This document shows positions 1 through 13,474 of a DNA stretch of 64,000 nucleotides, in pieces. The translations under genes and the position numbers were made by a program. Source of the DNA: Octopus sinensis. Its lineage: Eukaryota. Position 1 is the first letter of the stretch. Each line of letters begins with the position of its first letter. The notes beneath the pieces were generated by a model, which was given only the letters and a program-made list of their open reading frames with translations, had not been told where the DNA came from and did no database searches. The stretch spans positions 31,557,360 to 31,621,359 of the forward strand of contig NC_043019.1 in NCBI RefSeq assembly GCF_006345805.1, read 5' to 3'.

Positions 1-910
1 CCCGTTGTATATATGTATATATATGCGTGTGTGTGTTTGTGTGTCTGTGTTTGTTCCCCTAGCATTGCTTGACAACCGATGCTGGTGTGTTTATGTCCCC
101 GTTACTTAGCGGTTCGGCAAAAGAGACCGATAGAATAAGTACTGGGCTTACAAAAGAATAAGTCCCGGGGTCGAGTTGCTCGATTAAAGGCGGTGCTCCA
201 GCATGGCCGCAGTCAAATGACTGAAACAAGTAAAAGAGTAAAAGAGTGTATGTGTGTGTGTTGTGTGTGTGTCTTTGTGTTTGTCCCCCCACCACCACCA
301 CCACTTAACAGCCAGTATTAGTGTGTTTATTTCCTTGTAACCTAGCAGTTTGGCACAAGAGACCATTGTGCCAGTACTGGGGTTGGTTCAATCAGCTGAA
401 ATTCTTCAAGGTAGTGCCCCAGCATGGCCATAACCTAATTACTGAAACAAGTGAAAAGATAAAAGATACATGTATGCCATACATACTTGTGTTGCTGTAG
501 AATGGCAGCTAGGAGATCCTCAGACCAACATCTGAGTTCCTGAGATCATTTACAATATGGTTCAACATTCACAATGCAAAGTTCAAAATGCCATCAATTT
601 AAAGATTTCATAAGAGAAATAATATTATTGCTGTAAGATAAGGTAGGGAAGATGGTGTTCAAGATCATAGAGCTGGAAACCAACTGCCCTGTAGTACATG
701 ATCAGCTGTCAGACCATCTTGACATACTTATAGTAACTGATGTCTTCTGCAGTAATTTATTTTAAGTGAAGAGTTGTGCACCATCAATCTCACTCTCTCT
801 CATCTGTGACCACCTACAGGAATTTTATCTACCAGTGCAGTGTTCAGCACTAATTCTTAATGTTTGACATTTACACACACACACACACACACAACACACA
901 TATATATATA

Positions 911-1303
911 CTCTTTTACTTGTTTCAGTCATTTGACTGCAGCCATGCTGGAGCACCGCCTTTAATCGAGCAACTCGACCCCAGGACCTATTCTTTGTAA
1001 GCCCAGTACTTATTCTATCAGTCTCTTTTGCTGAACTGCTAAGTAACAGGGACATAAATACACCAGCATCGGTTGTCAAGCAATGCTAGGGGGACAAACA
1101 CAGACACAAACACACATGCACACAGATATATATATATACATATATACGACGGGCTTCTTTCAGTTTCCGTCTACCAAATTCACTCACAAGGCTTTGGTCG
1201 GCCTGAGGCTATAGTAGAAGACACTTGCCCAAGGTGCCACGCAGTGGGACTGAACCCGGAAGCATGTGGTTGGTAAGCAAGCTACTTACCACACAGCCAC
1301 TCC
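911..1303 (-). mobile_element. SINE family A, full length
   Basis: Reverse complement of the 6088-6493 copy. Confidence 0.92.
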
Positions 1304-1582
1304 ATACATATACACACACATTCGCTAGCTTTTTCCCAGTAGCTTAATAACAGCACTGGCACCTCCAAGATTGAGTGGTCTCAATGATAATGGTGCAAAA
1401 TCACGTTGATATTTTGCTCATTGACTGACAAGAAAAACTCAGCTGTGAATATTCCATGTATTGTGTCTTTGTCTATTTCCCTGTCTGTTAAGTTTTCAAC
1501 TTGTTTCCTGTCTGCTCTCTGCTTTCATCTAACTTTCTCTCCTTGTGTTCTGGCTGTTCAATCCTTGATATATATATATATA

Positions 1583-1786
1583 TATCTGTAAAATAATATG
1601 TGACAATTATTCAGTAGCCAAGATAAAACTCTGAGTTCCGGATGCTGAGGTGGAAATCCACACCACCATCTCTTCGGTTATCTGGCCATAACCAAAGAGA
1701 TGGTGATGTGGTTTTCCACCTCGGCATCTGAAACTCAGAGTTTTATCTTGGCTACCGAATAATTGTCACATATTATTTTACAGATA
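1583..1786. repeat. ~100-bp-arm inverted repeat at the end of a (TA)n-inserted element
   Basis: tatctgtaaaataatatgtgacaatt...aattgtcacatattattttacagata; few mismatches; element continues to ~1851. Confidence 0.88.
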
Positions 1787-1937
1787 AATTCCTCTATTTA
1801 CATAATATTGAGGTCACTTTCTTTCTTTTGTTATCTTACCGTTTTTACCAATATATATATACCATCATCACCATCATCAGTAATTCAAATATCCAAAAAA
1901 CAAGCATATTCTAAAACATTAGGGTAATAATATATTT

Positions 1938-2138
1938 TTTAGGATGTTAAAATTTATAGGTAATCATAGAGTGACCATTAGTTTTGCACCTATGAAGCAC
2001 TTAGCAGTATAGGTGACTCAGAGAGGTTGCACACCTTCAGTCAGCTGAATCTGATGAGTCAACTATGCTACTAAGCAACTCATAGGTGCACAGCTAAAGG
2101 TCACGATATGACCGACCATAACTTTTGCTTTCCTAAAT
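1938..2138. repeat. Imperfect foldback (MITE-like)
   Basis: gtgacc...tgcacctatga...cttag...tgactca / tgagtca...ctaag...tcataggtgca...ggtcac. Confidence 0.7.
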
Positions 2139-2548
2139 GTATATTCTTGTTTTCCTTTATTCTTTCACGTGTTTCAGTCATTTGACTGCAGCCATGCTGG
2201 AGCACCGCCTTTAGTCAAGAAAATCGACCCCAGGGGGTTATTCTTTGTAAGCCTAGTACTTATACTATTGGTCTTTTGCTGAACCGCTACATTACAGGCA
2301 CATAAACACAGCAGCATCGGTTGTCAAGCGATGTTGGGAGGACAAACACAGGCACACACATACATATGTATATATATATGTACAGCAGGCTTCTTTTAGT
2401 TTCCATCTACCAAATCCACTCACAAGGCTTTGGTCAACCCGAGGCTATAGTAGAAGACACTTGCCCAAGGTGCCATGCAGTGGGACTGAACTTGGAACCA
2501 TGTGGTGGTAAGCAAACTACTTACCACACAGCCACTCCTGCATCTGTC

Positions 2549-2609
<61 letters not shown>

Positions 2610-3396
2610 CTATATATATATATGTATGTATATATATAAGATTGGCTCCTTTCAGTTTCCATCCATTAAATCTACTTTGGTTGGCCTGGGGCTATATATA
2701 GTAAAAGACACTTGCTCAAGGTGCCAATGCAGTAAGACTAAACCCTGAACCATATGGTTCGGAAGCAAGCTTCTTACCACACAGCTGCACCGACACCCGT
2801 TAAAATAAGCTATATTAAAAAAATATATATAAAATGGCAAGAAATAATTTTTTCTTAAAAAAAGGAAGAAAAAAGAAGGAACACAATAGCTGAAATAATA
2901 TTAAGTAAATATTTTCTCAGCATTTTGATGGCTTTTATCACATATATTTATATAAATATATCAGAATAATAGCAATGTTTGAGATAAGCTATAAGAAAAC
3001 AAGGAAGACGTACAGAATAACTGTTCAATGTGTTGTCTATGTTTCCTTTTCGAATAGAAGAAAAGGAGAGAGAAAGGCACTGAGAAAGGCAGACAAAGAA
3101 ATAGAGAGAGTGAAAGCAAAGCTTTAGTGTTATCGGTATTAGTAGTAGCACAATAGCCGAGGAAAGTTTTTTTTGTCTCAGAATAATAAGAACTTATTAA
3201 AAAAATACTTGTATGTGTGTGTGTGTGCGTAAGTTAGTCTATATGCATATATGTGTGTGTGTGTATTGTGTGTACGTGTGTATTGTGTCTGTGTAGGTAT
3301 AGAGATATATGTATATATATATGTGTGTGTGTGTGTGTATGTATCTAGATATATGTGTGTCTATGTATATATGTACACACACACATGCATATATAC

Positions 3397-3416
3397 ACAT
3401 ATACATTAATCTATGA

Positions 3417-3448
<32 letters not shown>

Positions 3449-3772
3449 GTATGCGAACATGTGCGTGTATATGTAAGTATAAAGATATACGTATATATAT
3501 ATATATATACACACACACATACATTAATCTATGAATATATATATATATATATGTATATATATGTATGCGAACATGTGCGTGTATATGTAAGTATAAAGAT
3601 ATACGTATATATATATATATTATACACACACACATACATTAATCTATGAATATATATATATATATATATGTATATATATGTATGCGAACATGTGCATGTA
3701 TATGTAAGTATAAAGATATACGTATATATATATATATATACACACACATACATTAATCTATGAATATGCATA
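3397..3772. repeat. Higher-order tandem repeat (~117-bp unit, ~3.2 copies) built of microsatellite
   Basis: Unit cacatacattaatctatgaa(ta)n...gcgaacatgtgc...gtaagtataaagatatacg repeats; a similar duplication at ~8770-9120. Confidence 0.85.
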
Positions 3773-4333
3773 TATATATATATATATACATGTGTGTGTG
3801 TACATAAATACATGTATGCATATGTGTGTGTTCGGGTGGTGGGTGTAATAATAATAATAATAACAAGCCCATTGTATACTGTGCTCAATATATATAGACT
3901 CTTTTAGTTGTTTAAGTCAATAGGCTGCTGCTTTGCTGGACACCATCTTGAAAGGTCTTTGTCATTTCTATTGATTCCAGTCAATACTTATGTTTAAGTT
4001 GGGTGATATATATTAATTGTACCACTAAGTTACTGGAGACTGATGCAGACATAGACTCAGGCACACAGACACACACACACACATACATACATATCCCTCT
4101 CTCTCTTTGGGAGAGGCACAAGCACCTACACGCACATATGCACACACGGCAGTAACTTCCACCTACCGAATTCAATCACAAAGCTCCGGTCAGCTCGGGG
4201 CTATAGTGGAAGACACCTACCCAAAGTGCCACGCAGTGGGACTGAACCCGAAACCATGTAGCTAGAAAGCAAGCTCCCTAACCACACAGCCATGCCCGCA
4301 TGTACATACATATATATATATATATATACATAC

Positions 4334-4364
<31 letters not shown>

Positions 4365-5045
4365 TGACGCATGTATATAAATAAGCACAGGCATAGCTGT
4401 TATGGTAAGTAACTTGATACCCTGCTGTATGGTTCACGGTTCTGTTCCACTGTGGGGTACCTTGGGCAAACATCTAATATATATAGCCACAGGCTGACCA
4501 AAGTCTTGTGAGTGGATTTGGTAGACAGAAATTGAAAGATCATATATATGTGTGTGTGTTATATATATATATGTCTGGTCACTTTATTGGACACCCTGCG
4601 GGATGAAAAACAAAACCCGTCAAAGGGCAGAGGAACTCTTAAGCGTCGATAGCCATCCAATAAATGTGTAATTTTTTTTCTTTTTTTTTTCCTTAAGGCT
4701 TAAGGCTGTATCATACACGGGAGCTGAATACCCGATCGCGCGGTTAAACCATTGGGAGTGAAGGACTCCCAGCCTTTGTTAGGGCATCCTTCTAGGAGAA
4801 GGTAGCTCAGGTAACTGGGATAACTCAGACATAAAACCTGCAGCTCAGTGGCTACCAATGATGTTGACTTGTTCTTCTTTTCAGATTATGGCTGCTGTTG
4901 CTTAGTGAGTGGGATTGACTCAGTGCACAGCCTTTCCTCACTTTAAAAAAAAAACTTCTTGCACAGGCATTGCATGATAACAACAACATTGATTAAGCTT
5001 CATGCAATGGCCATACTCGATAATGAGCGGGCAGCCACCAATATA

Positions 5046-5090
<45 letters not shown>

Positions 5091-6087
5091 TATGTGTGTA
5101 TGTGTGTGTGTTTGTATGTGTGTGTGTGTGTGTTGTTGTGTGTGTGGGTATGTATATATATCTTTTATCTTTTACCACCTTGAAGAATCTTTAGTTAAAT
5201 TAATAGATCCTAGTGCTTATTTTTTAAGCCTGGGTCTCTTTTGCCCAACCTCTAAGTTATGGGGATGTAAACACACCACCACAAGTTGTCCAGTAGTTGT
5301 GAGGGATAGACATACACACACACACCTATAACCATGTGGTTAGTAAGCAAGCTTCTTACCACATAGCCACTTCTGCGCCTATAGGACTAACTTCTTTCAG
5401 TTTCCATCAGCCAAATCCATTCTCAAGAATTTGGGCAGCCCAAGGCTTTAGTAGAAGATGCTTGCCCAAACTACCACGTAGTGGGACTGAACCTAGTACC
5501 ATGAAGTTAGGAAGCAGACTTCTTCTCACACAGCCACACTTGCACCTATACACATATGTATACATGTTCACATATATGTATCTGCATATGCATATATATA
5601 TCTTTGTATATGTGTTGGTCCTCCATCATTGCTTGACAAACCATTGTTGGTTTGTTTATGTTCCATAACTTAATGGTTCAGGAAAATTGGCCAATAGAAT
5701 GATATGATGCTAAAAAAAATAGTCTTGGGGTCAAATAGTTTGACTAAACCCTTCAAAGTGATGCCCCTGCATGACCACAGTACAATGACTGAAACAAGAA
5801 AAATGACAAAAAATATACACACTTATGTAGATGCATACATACGTATGTACGTACATACATATATACATACATACAAACAGGTACTGTGGTAGCTCTGTGG
5901 TATATTCCAGGTTATGGCTAACTATATCAAGCAGTATGAAGTGTCAGTCATCACTTAGCATTAGCAATCTCACTGTAATTCTTCTGATGGGTGACTCCAA
6001 GTTTACTTACCTGAATATTATCAGGAGTGTAGAATTCTAACAACCATAATGAATATGCAGATAGGTTCATCATTAAAATTATATGTC

Positions 6088-6493
6088 GGTGTAGGAGTGG
6101 CTGTGTGGTAAGTAACTTGCTAACCAACCACATGGTTCCGGGTTCAGTCCCACTGCGTGGCATCTTGGGCAAGTGTCTTCTGCTATAGCCCTGGGCCGAC
6201 CAATCCCTTGTGAGTGGATTTGGTAGATGGAAACTGAAAGAAGCCTGTCGTATATATGTATATATATATATAGATGTATGTGTTTGTGTGTCTGTCTTTG
6301 TCCCCCTAGCATTGCTTGATAACTGATGCTGGTGTGTTTACGTCCCCGTCACTTAGCGGTTCGGCAAAAGGAGACCGATAGAATAAGTACTGGGCTTACA
6401 AAGAATAAATCCCGGGGTAGATTTGCTCAACTAAAGGTGGTACTCCAGCATGGGCGCAGTCAAATGACTGAAACAAGTAAAAGAGAGTAAAAG
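6088..6493 (+). mobile_element. tRNA-derived SINE family A, full length
   Basis: tRNA-like head (tggctgtgtggtaag...ggttcagtccc), internal (TA/TG)n, tail gaaacaagtaaaagag; >20 full or partial copies on both strands (e.g. 1-247, 2155-2545-, 9297-9700-, 11395-11752-, 28872-29213-, 36055-36435-, 44261-44625-). Confidence 0.92.
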
Positions 6494-6512
6494 ATATATA
6501 TATACACACACA

Positions 6513-7271
6513 CAAGGTGTGGTGGGTAAATTGTGGTCTCATTATATTTTCAATTTTGCGCATGTGTATTGTTTGTTTTTGATTTTGTCAACTACAGGGT
6601 ATAATAGGGTCAGTTGGGCACCATCTGTGAGAAAAACAGCACCATGACACAATTCACTCTGCCAGAAATTTGGAAACAACATGCTGTACTACTTGGCATT
6701 TGTACCGGAAGCTCCAATGCAAACATCTCAGAGTGTTTGGGTGTCAATCTGAGGTCTTCCTGTGTCCCCAAAACATGTACTGAGAGTGATAAAAATCAAA
6801 CATCCAGCCAACATCATGGTGTTTGGAGTGATCACTTGTAATGGTGATGTTATGCCTCCTTTCATCTTCCCACATGGCCTCAAACTCAACACAGAGTCCT
6901 ACATCTATTACCTGTCAGACAATTTCTGACACCACATCACCCCTAATATCTGGCCATCTAACTCCCCTGACTGTAACCCCCTTCATTATTATGAGTGAGG
7001 GGCAGTTGAGCAAGAGACCAACAAAACTCCTTGTAATACCAAAGATGAACTAAAGGCAAGGATTATGGAAGCATTCACCAACTGAAACAAGGACACCATC
7101 CAGAAGGCTGGAGTCTGTGATTGAAGGGAATGGCAATTTTATTGAATAAATTTACTCATTAGTATTTCAAGATATTTATATGCAATTTAGTAAATATATC
7201 TGTTAAAATGAGATGTCAGTATTATTTTCATTTTTGCATAATTTAGATGACAGTTTATTCACCACACCCTG
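6513..7271 (+). mobile_element. Internally deleted Tc1/mariner element (maT/DD37D-like)
   Basis: TIRs CAAGGTGTGGTGGGTAAA / TTTATTCACCACACCCTG|TA; remnants MVFGVIT and WPSNSPDCNPL. Confidence 0.75.
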
Positions 7272-7284
7272 TATGTGTATAAAC

Positions 7285-7317
<33 letters not shown>

Positions 7318-7431
7318 ATATAATTTAAAAATTTTAAATGAGGGTAAGAAATTAGATATTAATTTAATTAACATCGATTTCTCACCAGTGGTCTAGCATA
7401 TAAAAAACTGAAGGTTCAGTAAAATTATATT

Positions 7432-7632
7432 ATATACAAATTAGAGGGAAACCACTATGTGGACACCCTTACGCTAGAAATAGATCTGCTATGGTCTTAC
7501 CACTAAGAAATGTTCTCAAGAAAAATTTTTGCTAAATTTTTCGTGAGAACATTTCTCTCAGTGGTATGGCCATAGTGGATCTATTTCTAATGTGAGGGTG
7601 TCCACATAGTGGTTTCCCTCTAATATGTATAT
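7432..7632. repeat. ~95-bp-arm inverted repeat in a (TA)n-inserted element
   Basis: ttagagggaaaccactatgtggacaccct...agggtgtccacatagtggtttccctctaa. Confidence 0.88.
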
Positions 7633-8790
7633 ATATATATATATATATATATCATGATATATACATACTCACATATGTATAACAGGTTTTTGTGCAATTT
7701 CTGTCTGCTGTATTTCACTCTTCCTGAGGCACTTGACCAAAGTACCACAAAGTAGAACAAGGAGCCAGAAACAATTTGATTAATAACTAAACATTTGCCC
7801 GCGTTATCCCTGCTTTTACATCATTTTAAAGAAATTGTGGTCCAAAATAATTTCATCTTTATCATCATCGTTCTCATCTTCATTATCATAGTCATTACCA
7901 AAATCACCAGCATCATCATCACTGTCATCATCAACATCAGCGCTATCATTGTCATCACCAACATCATCATCACAATCACCTTTGTCATCACCATCATCAT
8001 CATCATCATCGTTATCATCATCATCATCATTATCGTCATCAACTTCCCTTCCTCCTCTTTATCATTGTCATTGTCCATCATTGTCATCATTTTCATCACC
8101 ATCATCATCATCTCTGTCATTGACACCATCACCCTCCTCATTGTCATTATTGTCATCACTATCATCATTATTGTTGTTGTCCTCATCATCATTATCATAT
8201 CATCGTTGTCATCATTGCCATCGTCATCATCATCGTCATCTTCTCCCTCCTCATGACCATCATTATCATCATCATCACCTATAACAACCATATACAAAAT
8301 ATCTTTGGAAATTGTCTTTAAAACTGGAATGGCTCTGCCATAAAAGCAAGGCCTATTATGGTAATGGCTTATGTTCTGTCCATCAACTGTCCTTCAGTTT
8401 ATCCATTAGTGATTTATTGTGTGCATGTGTGTGTGTATATGTCACTGTATTTCTTTGTGTGTGTGTGTGTGTGAGTCCACGTCCCTGAGTGTATGTGTGA
8501 AGCTTGAGTGACGATGTTTGAAAATCCAGAATAACATTGACCATTAGAAGTTTCTGTAATGTCTACTTACTTTGGCCGTAGACAACAGCTTAGCATCAAA
8601 CTGTCTTTTTTTTTTCCTCTTTTGTTCCTCTTCTTCCATTCTCAACCATTCTACAGTATTGGGAATTACTTGAATTGGAAGAAACAGTTATGACATTATA
8701 ATCAATGACATATACTGAAAGATGTCTTTTGTAACAAGGAACTACATACAATGAATGTAAAATTCATATAATATATATACATATATGTAC

Positions 8791-8895
<105 letters not shown>

Positions 8896-9503
8896 ATGCA
8901 GACACACACATACATTATGTATACATATAATATATATACATATATGTACATATGATATATATATATATATACACATATACATATATATATATATATATAA
9001 TATATATATGCAGACACACACATACATTATGTATACACATAATATATATACATATATGTACATATGATATATATATATATGTCATATATACATATATGTA
9101 CAAATTATATATATATATATATTATATATATATATATATATTATATATATATATATATAAAGTTAATCCAAACATGAAAACACAAAGAGAAAATACAACA
9201 ACACGAGATCGTGGAACAAATATAGTATTATTATATATACATGTATTTATAGAGAGAGAGAGAGAGAGAGGGGGAGAGAAAGGGAGAGAGATGGTATATT
9301 CTTTTATTCTTTTACTTGTTTCAGTCAAGTCACTGTGGCCATGCTGGAGCACTGCCTTTAGTCGAACAAATTGACCCCAAGACTTATTCTTTGTAAGCCT
9401 AGTACTTATTCTATCAGTCTCTTTTGCCAAACCGCTAAGTTATGGGGATGTAAACACAGCAGCATCAGCTGTCAAGCAATGGTGTGGGGACAAACACTAA
9501 CAC

Positions 9504-9552
<49 letters not shown>

Positions 9553-9849
9553 ACGGGTTTCTTTCAGTTTCTGTCTACAAAATCTGCTCACAGGGCTTTA
9601 GTCAGCCTGAGGCTATATCTGAAGACACTTGCCCAAGGTGCCATGCAGTGGGATTGAACCCGGAACCATGTGGCAATCTTCTTACCACAGAGCTACTACT
9701 ACATATATGTATATGAGTTAGTATCAAAAGCTTCTTGACCTAGTTACGTTTAATAAAAAATAACTTATTTACCTAAATTTTAACATCACCATCAAAATAG
9801 TCACCTTGCACAGTAATACACTAGTCCCAGCATTCCTGCCACATTTGGA

Positions 9850-9884
<35 letters not shown>

Positions 9885-11826
9885 TAATGAATGGAGGAAA
9901 TGGAAAATGGAATCTTTATCATAGCCAGCAACCTACTGGCAACAACAGCATGCGTGGAGGCACAATGGCCCAGTGGTTTGGGCAGCAGACTTGCGGTCGT
10001 AAGAACGCAGTTTCGGCTCCCAGACCGGGCATTGTGAGTGTTTATTGAGCAAAAACACCTAAGCTCCATGAGACTCCGGCGGGATAGGCTCGTGAATCCC
10101 GCTGTACTCTTTCACCACAACTTTCTCTCACTCTTTCTTCCTACTTCTGCCACAGAGCAGAGGAACCATAGTGTAACCCACTATGGTGTGGTAAACTGCG
10201 AATCCTCTGTACCCCAGTATGATTTAGCTCTCCGCCTGTTAAAAGCCACCATTTACAGAATGAGGATAACAGTGTAGCTTTTGTGCCCATGCAACCGCCA
10301 GTCTATCGTGTGTGGTGGGTGGATCTTCAAGTTGCCACACGCATTCTTAGTAGCTTAGAGTAGGCTCAAATTAGAGATTATTCTTTTTAGCATGAGTCCT
10401 GATTGGAAGAAGAAGAAGAAGACGACGATGACAATAGCATGCTGTCTGATTGAACACAGTGAAACTGAGTATATTGAACAAGGTATCTTTTTTAAAATGA
10501 GACTCTTAATAAGATGCATCTGCACCAGATGGTGCAACATAACCAGTTGTACAGTATCCCACCTGCAGTGGTCTGATTGCAAGATGGGTTGAAATGATGA
10601 TTGTGATGAATAAAGATTCTCATAAATTCCATTTTCCATTTCCCTAATTCATTATAAAATCAATGAACACTGTGAAATTCTTGAGGTAGATCCAATGACA
10701 CTTATTTCAAATCTGTGGATAACATCAGGTAGCCATCGACAGTGAAAGTGCTTTAACCAGCATACTACTAGGTGTATGCCCAAAGTCTAAATAATTACTT
10801 TATATATATATATATATAGGCAGTGAACTGAAAGAAACATCAGCATGCAAGGTAAAATGCTTAGTGACTTTTGTCTGCCATTACATTCTGAGTTCAAATT
10901 CCGCCAAGGTTGATTTTATGTTTCATCCTTTACGGGATCAATAAAATTAGTACCAGTTGAACACTAGGGTCGATGTAATTGACTTAACCCCTTCTCGAAA
11001 TTGCTGGCCTTGTGCCAAAACTTGAAACCAATATATGTCAATATATACATATACAGGTGAGCAAATGTGTATGTACGCTATATATATATATATATATATA
11101 AATTCAAAAAATAGAACAAGAACGCAACAGACGGCAATAAATCATTTGGATAGATAGACAATGTGAAGATGGACAGGGAAAAACAAGGACAGGTCATTCG
11201 CAGCCTCCTCTCATCAGTCAAGTTATATATAGGTGCAAGCACGTCTCTGTATTAAGAAGCTTGTTTCCCAACCACATGGTTCTGGGTTCAGTCCCACTAC
11301 ATGACACCTTGGGCAAGTGTCTTCTACTATAGCCTCAGGCCAACCAAAGCCTTGTTAGTGGATTTGGTAGATGTGTATATATATATGTATATACTTTATT
11401 CTTTTATTCTCTTACTTGCTACAGTCATTTAACTGCAGCCATGCTGGAGCACTGCCTTTAGTTGAACAAATTGACCCCTAGACTTATTCTTTGTAAGCCT
11501 AGTACTTATTCTATTGGTATCTTTTGCCAAACTGCTAAGTTATGGGAATGTAAACACACCAGCATCAATTGTCAAGCAATGGTGGGAGAGAACAAATACA
11601 GACACACAAACATACACACACACACACACACACACACATACAACAGGTTTCTTTCAGTTTCTGTTTACCAAATCCATTCACAAGGTGCCACGCAGTGGGA
11701 CTGAACTCTGGACCATGTGGTTGGGAAGCAAGCTACTTACCACACAGCCATTCATATATATATATATATATATATATATGGCGGTGCATCAGCATGGCCA
11801 CAGCTCTGAGCTGAAACTAGAGAGAG

Positions 11827-11882
<56 letters not shown>

Positions 11883-12468
11883 ATTATATATATATATATA
11901 TTATATATATATATATATAATATATACGCATGTATACATGTATGTCTGTGATTGTGTGTGTCTTTGTGTCCATGTTTGTCCCACCATCACTGCCTAACAC
12001 TGCAGTTTGTTGTGCTTGAAAAGACACACCAAGGTAAGTAAAATGTGGTTGCCCTTGCAAACGGACTCGTCCCTTGCATATCCCTCCAGCTGAACATTAC
12101 TAATCTAGCAGGCTCATAAGTGCTGGTTCCACGTGAAAAGCTACCATACCAGTGCTGTGTAAAGCACCCAGTACACTCTGTAAAGTGGTTGGCATTTGGA
12201 AGGGCATCGAGCTGTGAACAAGCCTTCAACTGGTCAGCTTCTGTGAAACCGTCGAACCCATGCCAGCATGGGAAATGGACATTAAATGATAATGTGTGTG
12301 TGTCTGTGTGTGTGTGCATATCTCTTAACATCCAGTGTTCATTCATTTATGTCCCTGTAACTTAGCAATTTAGTTCATATCCCTGTAACTTGGTGGTTCA
12401 GTAAAAGGAGGCCAATAGAATGAGTACAAGGCTTTAGAAAAATAGGTACTGGGGTTGATTTGTTCAAC

Positions 12469-12540
12469 GGGGATATAGCTCAGTGGTAGAGCATTCAACT
12501 GCAGATTGAGAAGACCCCGGTTCAATCCCATGTGTCCCCT
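12469..12540 (+). tRNA. tRNA-Cys(GCA), probably a pseudogene
   Basis: 72 nt GGGGATATAGCTCAGTGGTAGAGCATTCAACT-GCA-GATTGAGAAGACCCCGGTTCAATCCCATGTGTCCCCT; acceptor, D and anticodon stems pair, A and B boxes present; T-stem has two mismatches (CCCGG/CCATG); T-runs downstream. Confidence 0.85.
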
Positions 12541-13209
12541 TTAAAATTTTCATTTTGGTGTGGTGCACCTGAACACTGTATACAATAATTTCGTTATTAA
12601 TTTTTATTATATTTTATTGACTAAAACTCTTCAAAGTGGTGTCCCAGCATGGCCACAGCCCATTGACTGAAGTAAGTTAAAGATAAAAGATACAAGACGT
12701 CCATATTTCACCATGTACCATAGCCCACCGCGCACCTTCTCTCCACTCCACATGAAGTTATGTCAAATTCAATAGACTCTGATATAAGAAAATTGATGTG
12801 GAAAGAAAGAGAGAAAGAAAGAAAGAAAGAACACACACATTACACACACCTAAATACAAATACACATAAGTTCTTAACATTTCATATCTACATACTACAA
12901 ACACATATAATCTGTCAAATTCAACAGACTCTTATATAACAAGGAATTGTCGCTGAACGGCAGAGAGAGAGAGTAGAAGACAGAGAGAGGGAGAGAAGGA
13001 TGGAGAGGATGGAGTGAGAGAGGTGGAGCAGCTAGGGAAGTGGTGGTGGGGGGGGTTAAAGAATCAATCAATACACTGCATGATAAATAATAAAGATTCT
13101 TAAGCGTAACGATTATTATCTGTCGGTTGTGTGATGAATGGAGAAGACAGAGTATTATGTAAAAGCAACCGGTTACTTGTGTGTGTGTATACATGTCTTT
13201 GTGTATGTT

Positions 13210-13242
<33 letters not shown>

Positions 13243-13441
13243 CTGTATACATATTTGTATATACACACTATACGTGTATATATATATGTATGCAAATCTA
13301 TCAATCTATATCTATACCTGTATATATCTATATCCATATATCTATATAGGTGTGTGTGTATATATACACATACACACACAAATATATGAATACATATACA
13401 TACATGTGTGTGTATATGTATACATACATATATATATATAT

Positions 13442-13474
<33 letters not shown>

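Noticed and set aside
6088-6170. SINE heads as tRNA genes
   Set aside because: A/B boxes are present but there is no complete cloverleaf, and they continue into SINE bodies.
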